Assembly: GCA_028822935.1 (NCBI GenBank)
Contig: JAPKCM010000021.1
Location: 3,509 to 67,508 of the forward strand
Origin: Akkermansiaceae bacterium
GTDB taxonomy: Bacteria; Verrucomicrobiota; Verrucomicrobiia; Verrucomicrobiales; Akkermansiaceae
Length of the DNA: 64,000 nucleotides
Direction: 5' to 3'
Shown piece after piece: positions 45,812 through 55,031 of the stretch; positions within the stretch are counted from its first letter, which is position 1; each line of letters begins with the position of its first letter. The translations under genes and the position numbers were made by a program. The notes beneath the pieces are model-generated. The model was not told the DNA's origin. It saw nothing but the letters and a program-made list of their open reading frames with translations, and ran no database searches.

Positions 45812-45968
45812 GTCTGGCTTCGCCGGAGGGGTCAGGGGCATTTCCCATTGGCTCCTTTTGAGGTCTTTTCGAAGCTGATCTATGAGGAAAGGGGATTGAT
45901 GAGATCTCCGAATTGGAATCGAATGTCAGCACTTTCATGGCCAAGACGACACTTGGAGCGACGAATTT

Positions 45969-47357
45969 TTAGAAATCGAGGTAGATCTCGGTCCGGCGAT
46001 TCGCACGGCGACCGCTCGGATTATCCTCTCCATCATTTTTAACGTTTGGACGACGTGGTTTCGTCTCTCCTTCGGCCTGGGCAATCATTTGGCTTTCAGG
46101 AACGCCTACCGTGAGGAGATATCTGCGCACCGCATCGGCCCGGTTTACCGAGAGCTTATTGTTGTATTCATTCGAGCCGAGGGCGTCGGTATGGCCTGAG
46201 AGAGTGAGCTTTTTATTGGAGTCGGTGAGAAGGAGGGAGGCGACGATATCGAGCTGTCGCTCGGTGCGCGGGGTAAGCCCGTTTTCATCGAATCCAAAGT
46301 AGAGAATGAGGGTGTCGCCTCCGGCGGGGTTCTTCACGAGGGGAGTGAAGTGGACATTGCCTCCAGCAACGCGGGTGGCATAGTCGGCGAGGAGCTGGTC
46401 AAGGTTCACCTCGGTCACGCGCCAAGGTTGGGTGATATCGGCGCGCTGCACCGTGAGTCCGAACTCGGCGGCCCGCTCGCCTTTGTCATCAGCAACATTC
46501 GCTTTGAAACCGGCGGTGGTTTCGCGATTGAACATGGCGCGAAGCGGCTTCTGATCGCGGAGTTGGTATTTCGCTTCCTCGAAAATGATGCAGAGGCCTG
46601 CTATTTTGGCGTCCGATACTTTTTCGGAATCGACGAAGGATTTGGCATCGTCGAATTCCTGACGGAGGGCGGCGTTGAGGAAGGAGTCCGTGATTCCCAA
46701 TGCGTCGACGAAGATCGCGCGCGGGGGCACTTTTCCTTCACCGACAACAGGAGGGAGGGTGACTTTTTCGATGGTCCATTTTCCAGTGTCCTGGCGGTTG
46801 AGGTCGAAGTAAATGCGAGAGCCGAAATCGTCATCGAGATTGATGGCCCAACGGGCACGGCGGTTGGCTTCAAGCTCGCCAATTTCGCTGATGGGGCGAG
46901 CCGGGTGAATGCGGAGTTTGTTGGAGTCGGAAAGGGCCTGAAGTCCAGAGAGGTGGCTTTCGGTCAGTGCGTTTTTTCCGATGAGAGAGGCGGCTTTTTG
47001 GATTTCACCTGCTTGTAGAGAGTCTCCGATTTTTTGCAGGAGGGAAATGGGGTCGAGTTCGGCCGCTCCAAGATCGAGGCCGGTTAAGACTTCAGCCGGG
47101 GTGAGGGGAGTCGGAACTTCGGGGGTGGGTTCCGGTTCCGGCATCGCTTCGAAGGGATCGGGAGTTTCTTTGACCTCGGGATCAGGGGGGACATCTACCG
47201 CTTCTTCTTTTTGGGTGTCGATTTTGACGACTTCTGGGTCGGTGGGGCTGCATTGTGTAGCCATCAGGCCGGTTACTACCAAGCCGACAGCGATGAAGGC
47301 GAGGAAAACGTAGAGAGCGAAGTTCGAGCGAGGCTCGTCGGAGTAGTAGGAACTCAT
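45969..47357 (-). CDS. OmpA/MotB-domain protein with N-terminal TM anchor
   Basis: C-terminal LSGHTDALGSNEYNNKLSVNRADAVRRYLL...RRANRRTEI. N-terminal TM helix ALYVFLAFIAVGLVVTGLMA. Pro/Glu-rich linker. Confidence 0.85.
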   Translation of the reverse strand: MSSYYSDEPRSNFALYVFLAFIAVGLVVTGLMATQCSPTDPEVVKIDTQKEEAVDVPPDPEVKETPDPFEAMPEPEPTPEVPTPLTPAEVLTGLDLGAAELDPISLLQKIGDSLQAGEIQKAASLIGKNALTESHLSGLQALSDSNKLRIHPARPISEIGELEANRRARWAINLDDDFGSRIYFDLNRQDTGKWTIEKVTLPPVVGEGKVPPRAIFVDALGITDSFLNAALRQEFDDAKSFVDSEKVSDAKIAGLCIIFEEAKYQLRDQKPLRAMFNRETTAGFKANVADDKGERAAEFGLTVQRADITQPWRVTEVNLDQLLADYATRVAGGNVHFTPLVKNPAGGDTLILYFGFDENGLTPRTERQLDIVASLLLTDSNKKLTLSGHTDALGSNEYNNKLSVNRADAVRRYLLTVGVPESQMIAQAEGETKPRRPNVKNDGEDNPSGRRANRRTEIYLDF

Positions 47358-47389
47358 GGCGGTAGAAAGAAAGGGAGGATTTTTAAAGT

Positions 47390-48904
47390 CTAGTCTGAGG
47401 GGGTTCTTGGGACCTGTTTTAGAGTAACGATGGAACTATGATTGCCACGGATCACGCGCAAGCGAGTTTCTTGCACGGCGGCCGCGGCGACGAGTTTTAG
47501 GTAGAAGTCCTCTTGATTTCTGACGCGTTCCCCATTGATTTCAAGGAGGATGTCTCCCGCTTTAATGCTGGCAACCGCGCCGAAGCTTTTTGGAACCACG
47601 CGTGTGACTTGTACTCCTCCGTAGCCGCGCTGACGGTAGATGATGGGGAGGTCTCTGACTTCGAGTCCGACGGACTGCACGATCGCGTCATCGGAGGCGA
47701 GGCGCCCGCCTCCGGTGATATTTTGAGGAAGAGCGAAGGGATCTGCCTCCGCGATGGTGGCCTTGAGAACCTTGAAAGCATCTCCACGCCATACGCTGAG
47801 GGAGACTTCCTCGCCAACGTCGGAACGTTGAACGCTACTGATGAGAGAAGTGGCGGCTTCTATTCCTTCGCCCTTGAACTCATTGATGATGTCGTAGCGC
47901 TTAATGCCGGCGAGATCTGCGGGAGATCCCTGGGTGACATCCCAGATCAGTGCTCCCTTACCGGAGTAGGCGAAAATATTCTTCAGATTCTGATCAAGAT
48001 CGCGCGCTTGAATCCCAAGAAATCCGTAGATGGGGCGACCTTTTTCAAGAATATGGGTCATGGTACGGACCACATCATTTGAAGGGATTGAGAAACTAAT
48101 GCCCTCAAAACTCGGGTTCTCGCGGTTGGTCGAATAGATCGAGGCGTTGATCCCAATGATCTCGCCGAGGTGATTAACGAGCGGGCCACCGGAGTTCCCG
48201 GGATTGATCGCGGCGTCGGTCTGAAACATGTCGCGTTGACCGTCGGAGAGCGAGCGGTCACGAGCTGAAATCAAACCGGTGGAAACCGAGGGTCCGAGGC
48301 CAAAGGGATTTCCCAAAGCGATGGCGAGTTGGCCGACTTTGACCTGGTCTGAGTCTGCGAATTTCAACGGAGCAAAGATTTCGTCAGGTTGTCCCTTGAT
48401 GCGCAGAACAGCGATGTCAGAGAGGCGGTCGGAATCGATGAGGATAGCCGGGAGGTTCCGGCCGTCTTTTAGGGTGATACGGATTTCCTGGTGCCCATCG
48501 ATCACGTGGTGATTGGTGATGACGTGCCCTTCTTCTGAAATGATGACGCCGGATCCGAGTCCGTGATTTGCGCGGCTACGCTCGTAAATACGATTCCGGA
48601 GCGGATCGAGGATCCGTTCTTTGTGAATGATCTTGGTGTCGATGCTGACGATTGAAGGGGTCACTTTCTCCAAGAGCGTGATCATCTCGTCGTTCGCGCG
48701 CGCGAGGCCCGGGACCTCGCTGGGAACAAGAGGAGCCTCGGTGGCGAGGGTGGCATTTTCGGGCGAGAACTGCTGGGTCTTTGGCTTTTCACCAAAGCCG
48801 AAGATCGGATGCCCTCCTTGCCAAGCGCGAAAGGCATAGACCCCTGCAAAGGCAAAAGCGAAGACTAGGCCAAGGACGAAAACTCGTTTAATCGTATCAA
48901 TCAT
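47390..48904 (-). CDS. HtrA/DegP-family periplasmic serine protease with two PDZ domains
   Basis: Catalytic motifs HVITNHHVI, DIAVL and GNSGGPLVN; 504 aa. Confidence 0.92.
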   Translation of the reverse strand: MIDTIKRVFVLGLVFAFAFAGVYAFRAWQGGHPIFGFGEKPKTQQFSPENATLATEAPLVPSEVPGLARANDEMITLLEKVTPSIVSIDTKIIHKERILDPLRNRIYERSRANHGLGSGVIISEEGHVITNHHVIDGHQEIRITLKDGRNLPAILIDSDRLSDIAVLRIKGQPDEIFAPLKFADSDQVKVGQLAIALGNPFGLGPSVSTGLISARDRSLSDGQRDMFQTDAAINPGNSGGPLVNHLGEIIGINASIYSTNRENPSFEGISFSIPSNDVVRTMTHILEKGRPIYGFLGIQARDLDQNLKNIFAYSGKGALIWDVTQGSPADLAGIKRYDIINEFKGEGIEAATSLISSVQRSDVGEEVSLSVWRGDAFKVLKATIAEADPFALPQNITGGGRLASDDAIVQSVGLEVRDLPIIYRQRGYGGVQVTRVVPKSFGAVASIKAGDILLEINGERVRNQEDFYLKLVAAAAVQETRLRVIRGNHSSIVTLKQVPRTPSD

Positions 48905-49524
48905 CAGTAAGGGTGGGGCAATTGAAGAATGAAAGGGGGAATATCTCTCAGGTATTGGAGAAGCGACAGTGAGAAACTCTTTTTTTTAGAATCCAATAAG
49001 TAGGAAATTCCCCTTGGAAAGCACTTTTCCTAGGGGCCTGCTCCTTTTGGAGCAGATTTCCGTCTCAGTCCAAAAATGGAGAGTATTGAGCATAGAGCGA
49101 TATTGACGGCATGATTTTCGAAGATATTGGCGGAGGTGCCCTGTAGAAAGGGTGTTTTCCGATCAGGAGAACAACGGTAGGTGGGAAAAATCTCCTGCGA
49201 GGTGGGATAAGTTCGAGAGAGAGGCATATTGGCTATTTTGAGCAAAAAGTTCAAGCGTTGGCGAACGTGGATTCGAGTGTTTGGTAGCTGTTGAGTTCCA
49301 GTTGTGAGTTGAAAATCGGCGTTCGACGAGACCACCGGAGGGATCCGATCCCTCCGTGGTCCATAGGAACAGCGGCGTTTTTAGGTAAATTGGACTTCCT
49401 TCGGGTGAGATTATTTTGATCTCTCGATGGTTAGAGATTGTGTCAAGAAACATCGTTCTTGATATTCCGGTAAAATTAAGTAATTTAGAAATTCTTAAGG
49501 TGTTTACGAACTTTTGTTATAGGG

Positions 49525-49600
49525 TTTTGTGTACTTTGGGCTTTAAAATTGACCGTCAAGAGTGTTTTGGTGTACTTTGGTGCCCGTCGAGATACTTTGA
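49525..49600 (+). promoter_or_regulatory. Three TACTTTG boxes plus a sigma70-like promoter candidate directly upstream of mraZ
   Basis: TTTTGTGTACTTTGG (49525-49539), TTTTGGTGTACTTTGG (49565-49580) and GATACTTTGA (49591-49600). TTGACC (49549-49554), an 18-nt spacer and TACTTT (49573-49578) resemble -35/-10 elements. The mraZ ATG is at 49612. Confidence 0.35.
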
Positions 49601-49611
49601 CGATTCATTTG

Positions 49612-50073
49612 ATGGCAATCCAGATTCAGGCACAGCGCGGCATCATCGAGCACAAGCTCGATGCGAAGGGCCGCGTCTCGGTGCCAGTGACGTGGAGACC
49701 TGCTCAGGGCGGGTCGGTCTTCTTGCTGCGTGCCGATTCCTACGGTCAGCCTACTCTTCGTGTTCTCAGCGAGGCGGCATTTTCCAAAAAACTCGAGCAA
49801 ATCGAGGAATCGGAAAATCTTACCCCGCGCCAGAAGGACAACGCGGCCGGAATGATGTATGCCAATTCGATCGAGGCCTCGGTGAACGAGCAGGGCAAAC
49901 TACTCATTCCGAAGGCCTGGGCGGAGGAACGTCAACTCAAACTTCCCGGAGCGGTGACCTTGGTCGGTCGAGGCAATCATTTCGAAATGCTCAGCCCCGT
50001 GAATGCGGAAGCGATGCTCTCCGCCGAGAAGGCGGAGAACGAGAGACTCAACCAAATGCTCAACCTGTTTTAA
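49612..50073 (+). CDS. mraZ: Transcriptional regulator MraZ
   Basis: GIIEHKLDAKGRVSVPVTWR and NEQGKLLIPKAWAEE form the duplicated SpoVT-AbrB/MraZ motif. ATG 49612 is preferred within ORF 49549..50073. Confidence 0.9.
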   Translation: MAIQIQAQRGIIEHKLDAKGRVSVPVTWRPAQGGSVFLLRADSYGQPTLRVLSEAAFSKKLEQIEESENLTPRQKDNAAGMMYANSIEASVNEQGKLLIPKAWAEERQLKLPGAVTLVGRGNHFEMLSPVNAEAMLSAEKAENERLNQMLNLF

Positions 50074-50192
50074 CTGATATCCTTTCTGAAAATGCAGATA
50101 AGATGAGACTTTTTTCAGCCCCGGTGCCGCCCGACTTTTGGGTGTCCAGCAGCTTCAATTCCTGGCTCTTGCCTTGTGGAGCGGCACCGGAG

Positions 50193-51146
50193 ATGGAAGG
50201 TCTCGTAATTCACGCCGAAGGAAATGAGAAAACTCCATTTTATCACGAGTCGGTCTTGCTCGACGAAGTAGTCGAGCATCTCGCACCAGTCGAAGGAAAT
50301 TTTTTTATCGACGGCACCTTGGGAGGTGGCGGTCATACTGAAGCCCTTCTGCGTGGAAATGCCACCGTGAAGGGGATCGATCGTGATGCGCAAGCTCGCG
50401 CCTACGCGAGCGAGCGACTCAGGGAATTCGGCGATCGCTTCGAAGCGGTGGCTGGACGATTCGGAGAAATAGCACGGCTGGCCTCTGAAAATGACTGGCC
50501 AAAGGCCGATGGCATCCTTCTCGATATCGGAGTTTCCTCTTGGCAGATCGATGCTGCCGAGCGGGGATTTTCGTTCCGCTCTGATGGTCCTCTCGACATG
50601 CGCATGGGCGAGAGCGAGCTCACCGCCGCCGATATTGTGAACCAGTGGGGCGAGGATGAATTGGCAAAAATTTTCAGGGAGTTTGGCGAAGAGAAATCAG
50701 CTTGGCGCATCACTCAATGGATTATCGAAGCGCGCGTCTTGAAACCATTTGAGACGACCCTTCAGCTCGCCGATGGGATTGAAAATCTTCTCGGTCGCAG
50801 AGGTCGAATTCATCCAGCAACCAAGGTTTTTCAAGCCCTCCGCATGGCGGTCAACGATGAGCTTGGTGAGCTCGCCCGTTTTTTGGAAAGCGCCGCGGAT
50901 CTGCTTAAGCCCGGTGGCCGTTTGGGAATCATTACTTTTCATAGCCTCGAGGATCGCATGGTTAAGCAGCATTTCCGTGACGCCTCCCGAACAGAGCTCG
51001 ACCGTCCGGAATGGCCCGCTCCACGCCCCAATCCCGATTATCGCTATCAACTTTTAACCCGAAAAGGCGTCGCTCCCGGCGGCGTCGAGGTAGAGCGTAA
51101 CGCACGCTCACGCAGCTCCAGACTCCGCGTAGTAGAACGCATTTGA
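50193..51146 (+). CDS. rsmH: 16S rRNA (cytosine1402-N4)-methyltransferase RsmH
   Basis: YHESVLLDEVVEHL...FIDGTLGGGGHTEALL, DLGVSSWQID-like, FHSLEDR. Start is ATG 50193 (or 50103). The upstream 49416-50100 part of the 576-aa ORF is out-of-frame read-through over mraZ. Confidence 0.92.
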   Translation: MEGLVIHAEGNEKTPFYHESVLLDEVVEHLAPVEGNFFIDGTLGGGGHTEALLRGNATVKGIDRDAQARAYASERLREFGDRFEAVAGRFGEIARLASENDWPKADGILLDIGVSSWQIDAAERGFSFRSDGPLDMRMGESELTAADIVNQWGEDELAKIFREFGEEKSAWRITQWIIEARVLKPFETTLQLADGIENLLGRRGRIHPATKVFQALRMAVNDELGELARFLESAADLLKPGGRLGIITFHSLEDRMVKQHFRDASRTELDRPEWPAPRPNPDYRYQLLTRKGVAPGGVEVERNARSRSSRLRVVERI

Positions 51147-51149
51147 ACC

Positions 51150-51476
51150 ATGAATCATCGTCGATATAACTCCAATCTCAGCATTCCGACCCTTATCGTT
51201 CTTTTGGTCGTCCTCGTCATCGTGTCGGTAGGAGGCGTTTCCTACGTCATGGTGAAGAATAAGCAGGTCACGATGCTTCGTGAGATTGCCAAGACTCAGC
51301 AGCGCATGGTGGAACATAATTTGGCGATCACGATGCATCAGTCCGATATCGAACGTGAGTTGGATGTCTTTGCTCTCCGTGAGAAGCTAGATAAGAGGGG
51401 GTCAGATCTCCAGTCCATCCCGACCGGATTACCGGAAGTTTACCATCCCAAGCAGGAGGTGCTGGCCCGCCGCTAG
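51150..51476 (+). CDS. ftsL: Cell division protein FtsL-like
   Basis: 108 aa, bitopic, with a TM helix (IPTLIVLLVVLVIVSVGGVSYVMV) followed by a coiled-coil-like segment. Its position between rsmH and ftsI supports the call. Confidence 0.75.
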   Translation: MNHRRYNSNLSIPTLIVLLVVLVIVSVGGVSYVMVKNKQVTMLREIAKTQQRMVEHNLAITMHQSDIERELDVFALREKLDKRGSDLQSIPTGLPEVYHPKQEVLARR

Positions 51477-51487
51477 AAAGATTACAC

Positions 51488-53413
51488 ATGGATACCGCAT
51501 TTAGAAATCGTGCTTTTGCAGTCAGCCTGGTCCTTGTGGCCGGGCTCAGTGCGCTTTCGTTCCGTCTTCTTTCGGTGCAATCGTGGAACCGCAACTTTTC
51601 TAGTAAAGCGCAACTGGGTCGATTTAAAATGAAGGAAACGATCCCCGCTTCTCGTGGCTGGATCGTCGATCGTCACCGTCAACCTCTCGCGCAGAATCGC
51701 CCGGAAGCCGCTCTCATTGCGGATGCCAATCACCTGCGTTTCGAGGATAATCTCACAAGTGCGGTAGCCCATTGTAATCTCAACGCCCAAGCGGGTTGGG
51801 ATGATCTTTCGGAGGAGGATCAACGCAAGGCTTTCAGGAAAATGAAGTCCCGTGTTAAGAAGATGGTTCCGGAGCTTCTACGCGAAGAACACTTGAACTA
51901 CGCCTTGGCAGTTCTCAGCCGTGAGCTGCGCGTGCCCAAAAAGACTCTTTTCGAGAAAATCCAAAATGGCCGGAAGCGCATCGTGGTGATGAAAAAGATC
52001 CGTGAGGATCAAGCCCGCCGCATTGAGTCCGAACTCCAAGCGCGCTACATTCAGGGATTCTCTTTTGAGCGAAGTGAAGCTCGGGTTTATCCCATGGATT
52101 CCTTTGCCTCTCATCTGATCGGAATGATGGGCCAAGATGGTAAAAAGAGTTCTAAAGGGATTTCTAAAGGGATTTCTGGAGTCGAGAAAGCGATGGATTC
52201 CTATTTGCAAGGACGTCCCGGTGAACGGGAACTCAAGCGCGATGTCAATGGCTTGGTGAAATTGACTGAGGCTGCTTCGTTCACCCCCCCGATGCTAGGC
52301 AAGCACGTGCAGCTCACTCTTGACACCGGAGTGCAGGCAATCGCCGAAGAAGAACTTCAAGCGGCCATGAATCATTGCCAGGCTGAGCGGGGAACCATTA
52401 TCATCGTGGAGCCTCAGACGGGAGATCTTCTGGCGATGGCAACCCGTCCCCATTTCGATCTCAACACACGTGAGAAGTCTCTGGAGAATGGCCGGAACTT
52501 TGCCACCCAGGATCAGGTCGAGGCCGGTTCGGTAATGAAAATTATCGCGATGTCTGCCGCGCTCGATCGAGGCGTCGCAAATCGCAGGACGATGGTGAAT
52601 TGTGGATGGGGGAAAATTACACGTCCCCATATCGTGGTGAGAGATCACCACAGCTATGGAGACCTCACCTTTGATCAGGTCCTCATGAAGTCCAGTAACC
52701 CGGGTGCCTTTCTCTTTGCGGAAATGGTCGGAAGCCAGGGCTTTTATGAAACCCTCGATGCCTTTGGATTCGGAAAACGCACTGGGTTCCCGCTTTCTGG
52801 CGAGGCTTCCGGTAGAATTTCCAATCGGAGCAATCCGCAAAACTTTGCCACGGCATCATACGGCTATGGAGTGAGTGCGAGTCCGCTTCAAATCGCAATG
52901 GCTTACGCTGCTCTCGCAAATAAGGGGGTCCTGATGAAGCCTCGGCTCATTCAGTCGATCATCGCCAAAAACGGTGATATCCTTGAGGAACGCAACCCGG
53001 AGGTGGTCCGCCAGGTGGTTAGCCGAAATACGGCGCGTGAGATGTGCTTGACTCTGGAGACGGTGGTCGGCGATGGCACTCTCGGTCCTACCGGTTGGCG
53101 CGCATTTGTTCCCGGACATCGCATCGGAGGAAAAACAGGCACGGCCTGGCGCTATATTGATGGCGTGGGATACGACATGGATAGCTTCCTCGTTTCCTTT
53201 GCTGGAATCGTCCCTGTTCAGAATCCGCGTTTCGTGGCTTACATCATGATCGATGATCCCAAATTTGACGACCCCGAGGCAAGTGTCGGTGGTGGTTCAG
53301 TCGCCGCACCAGTTTTCAAACGTGTTGCCGAGCGCGTAATCCACCTTCTTGATATCAAGCCCAGTGAACCGATCGAGCTGAAAGTTCCTGATATTGTTTT
53401 ATCGCATGAATAA
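51488..53413 (+). CDS. ftsI: Penicillin-binding protein (FtsI/PBP3-class transpeptidase)
   Basis: SxxK (GSVMK), SxN (KSSN) and KTG (GKTGTA) motifs. N-terminal TM helix. dcw context. Confidence 0.92.
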   Translation: MDTAFRNRAFAVSLVLVAGLSALSFRLLSVQSWNRNFSSKAQLGRFKMKETIPASRGWIVDRHRQPLAQNRPEAALIADANHLRFEDNLTSAVAHCNLNAQAGWDDLSEEDQRKAFRKMKSRVKKMVPELLREEHLNYALAVLSRELRVPKKTLFEKIQNGRKRIVVMKKIREDQARRIESELQARYIQGFSFERSEARVYPMDSFASHLIGMMGQDGKKSSKGISKGISGVEKAMDSYLQGRPGERELKRDVNGLVKLTEAASFTPPMLGKHVQLTLDTGVQAIAEEELQAAMNHCQAERGTIIIVEPQTGDLLAMATRPHFDLNTREKSLENGRNFATQDQVEAGSVMKIIAMSAALDRGVANRRTMVNCGWGKITRPHIVVRDHHSYGDLTFDQVLMKSSNPGAFLFAEMVGSQGFYETLDAFGFGKRTGFPLSGEASGRISNRSNPQNFATASYGYGVSASPLQIAMAYAALANKGVLMKPRLIQSIIAKNGDILEERNPEVVRQVVSRNTAREMCLTLETVVGDGTLGPTGWRAFVPGHRIGGKTGTAWRYIDGVGYDMDSFLVSFAGIVPVQNPRFVAYIMIDDPKFDDPEASVGGGSVAAPVFKRVAERVIHLLDIKPSEPIELKVPDIVLSHE

Positions 53414-55031
53414 TCCCATAAAACTCTCCGATCTTTTACAAGTCATCCCCGAGGCCGCCCGCCTTCGGATCGAGGATGTCGATGTCTCGTCGGTGACTGA
53501 TCACAGCGGGCAGCTCGAGCAAGGCTCTATCTTTGTCGCCGTGCGTGGAAGCGAAGTTGATGGGCACGATTTTCTTGATCAAGTGATCGAAATAAAACCG
53601 GCTGCCATCATCGCGGAGCGAATTGCTCCTGCAGATTATCCTGGGCTTTGGATTAAGGTCGATAGCTCGCGCAAGGCGCTTGGAAGACTTGCCGCCCAGC
53701 TCAAGGGAAACCCGAGTGCCAAGATGCGCTGTGTGGCTGTGACCGGGACGAACGGCAAAACAACCGTGACTCATTTTATCCACTATTTGCTCAATGAGTC
53801 GATGGTGAAGACGGGAATGATTGGCACCGTCAAGGTTCACGATGGAAGCCAGTATCAAGATGCCACGCTCACCACGCCGGGTGCCCTTGAGATGCAGGAA
53901 ATTCTCTCCACGATGGTGAAAAATGGCTGCAAGGCAGTCGCAATGGAGACGTCCTCTCACGGATTGGAGCAAGCTCGCACCGAGGGGATTCCCTTCTGTG
54001 TCGGCGTCTTCATGAACCTCACGCAAGATCACCTCAACTACCATGGCACGATGGAGGAATACTTCGATGCGAAGAAGCTCCTCTTTGAGCAAATGGCGGA
54101 AGAGGGGAGTGATGGAGTTGCGGTTATCAATATCGACGATCCATACGGCGAGAAGCTCGCGGCAGAATTTGACGGTCGTCTTAAGATCATTACCTTTGGT
54201 TTCAGCCTGGGCGCTGATTTTAAGATCGGGGATGTTCACCCCAGTTTTAAAGGGCAGGAATTTTCGCTCGAAGCAAAGGGGCGTCAGTATCTGGTCCGCT
54301 TTCCCTTCGCGGGTCGCTTCAACGCGCAGAATGCCATTGCGGCAGTTGCGGCGGTATCGGCTCTTGGAATGCGGGTGCGCGATATCGTAAAGCACCTCAT
54401 CCATACGCCACAGACTCCGGGTCGTATGGAGCATGTCGGTGGTGAACGCTTCGCGGTGTTTGTCGATTACGCCCACACCCCGGATGCGGTGGCCAAGGCT
54501 TGCGAGACTCTCCGCGAGCTGAATCCAGGGCGGCTTATCACGGTCTTTGGTTGTGGTGGTGATCGTGATGTCACAAAACGTCCCCTCATGGGAGAGGCCG
54601 CTGCAAAATACAGCGACTACCTTTTCGTCACTTCGGACAATCCCCGAAGCGAAGTTCCCTTTTCTATTCTCAACGATATCCTTCCCGGTATCGGCGAAAC
54701 GACTCACGAACTGGTGGTGGATCGTCGAGAGGCGATTAATTGTGCCATTGAGATGGCTCGTCCCTTCGATATCATTTTGATTGCAGGGAAAGGGCACGAA
54801 ACCTACCAGGAAATCAATGGAGTGAAGAGGCACTTTGATGACCGGGTAGAAGCCCGTAAGGCGATCATCGTTTATTCGAAGAAGCGTGAGGCGGAATACT
54901 TGGCGCGTCAAAACGAGAGGGATGATGGTGATCGCCGTCGCCCCCGTGATAACGACGAGATCGCTCCCCGTGAGTCGGGCGACCTCAGAATTTACCGCCG
55001 TCAGGACGACGACTCCAAAGAAAGAGAATGA
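53406..55031 (+). CDS. murE: UDP-N-acetylmuramoyl-L-alanyl-D-glutamate--2,6-diaminopimelate ligase MurE with charged C-terminal extension
   Basis: VTGTNGKTT, Mur ligase middle and C-terminal domains, DNPR motif (TSDNPRSE). ATG 53406 is preferred over TTG 53394. Confidence 0.93.
   Translation: MNNPIKLSDLLQVIPEAARLRIEDVDVSSVTDHSGQLEQGSIFVAVRGSEVDGHDFLDQVIEIKPAAIIAERIAPADYPGLWIKVDSSRKALGRLAAQLKGNPSAKMRCVAVTGTNGKTTVTHFIHYLLNESMVKTGMIGTVKVHDGSQYQDATLTTPGALEMQEILSTMVKNGCKAVAMETSSHGLEQARTEGIPFCVGVFMNLTQDHLNYHGTMEEYFDAKKLLFEQMAEEGSDGVAVINIDDPYGEKLAAEFDGRLKIITFGFSLGADFKIGDVHPSFKGQEFSLEAKGRQYLVRFPFAGRFNAQNAIAAVAAVSALGMRVRDIVKHLIHTPQTPGRMEHVGGERFAVFVDYAHTPDAVAKACETLRELNPGRLITVFGCGGDRDVTKRPLMGEAAAKYSDYLFVTSDNPRSEVPFSILNDILPGIGETTHELVVDRREAINCAIEMARPFDIILIAGKGHETYQEINGVKRHFDDRVEARKAIIVYSKKREAEYLARQNERDDGDRRRPRDNDEIAPRESGDLRIYRRQDDDSKERE

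Noticed and set aside
49331-49363. tRNA or tmRNA 3' end (helix followed by CCA)
   Set aside because: The loop ATCCGAT lacks the TTC T-loop signature. The 5' acceptor strand is adjacent rather than ~65 nt upstream, and no D or anticodon arms can be drawn. It is kept only as an unexplained hairpin.
49416-50192. N-terminal 259 codons of the 576-aa ORF that contains rsmH
   Set aside because: This part overlaps mraZ in another frame and has junk R/G/S-rich composition. The conserved RsmH core starts just after ATG 50193.
53436-54911. 491-aa minus-strand ORF
   Set aside because: It is entirely antisense to the motif-rich murE and has no recognisable motifs, which is typical of an antisense shadow frame. 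The same reasoning applies to 58621..59646 (antisense to murD and the LysM gene), 60135..60971 (antisense to ftsW), 55256..56002, 56471..57190, 13278..14147, 1033..1686 and 22124..22879.
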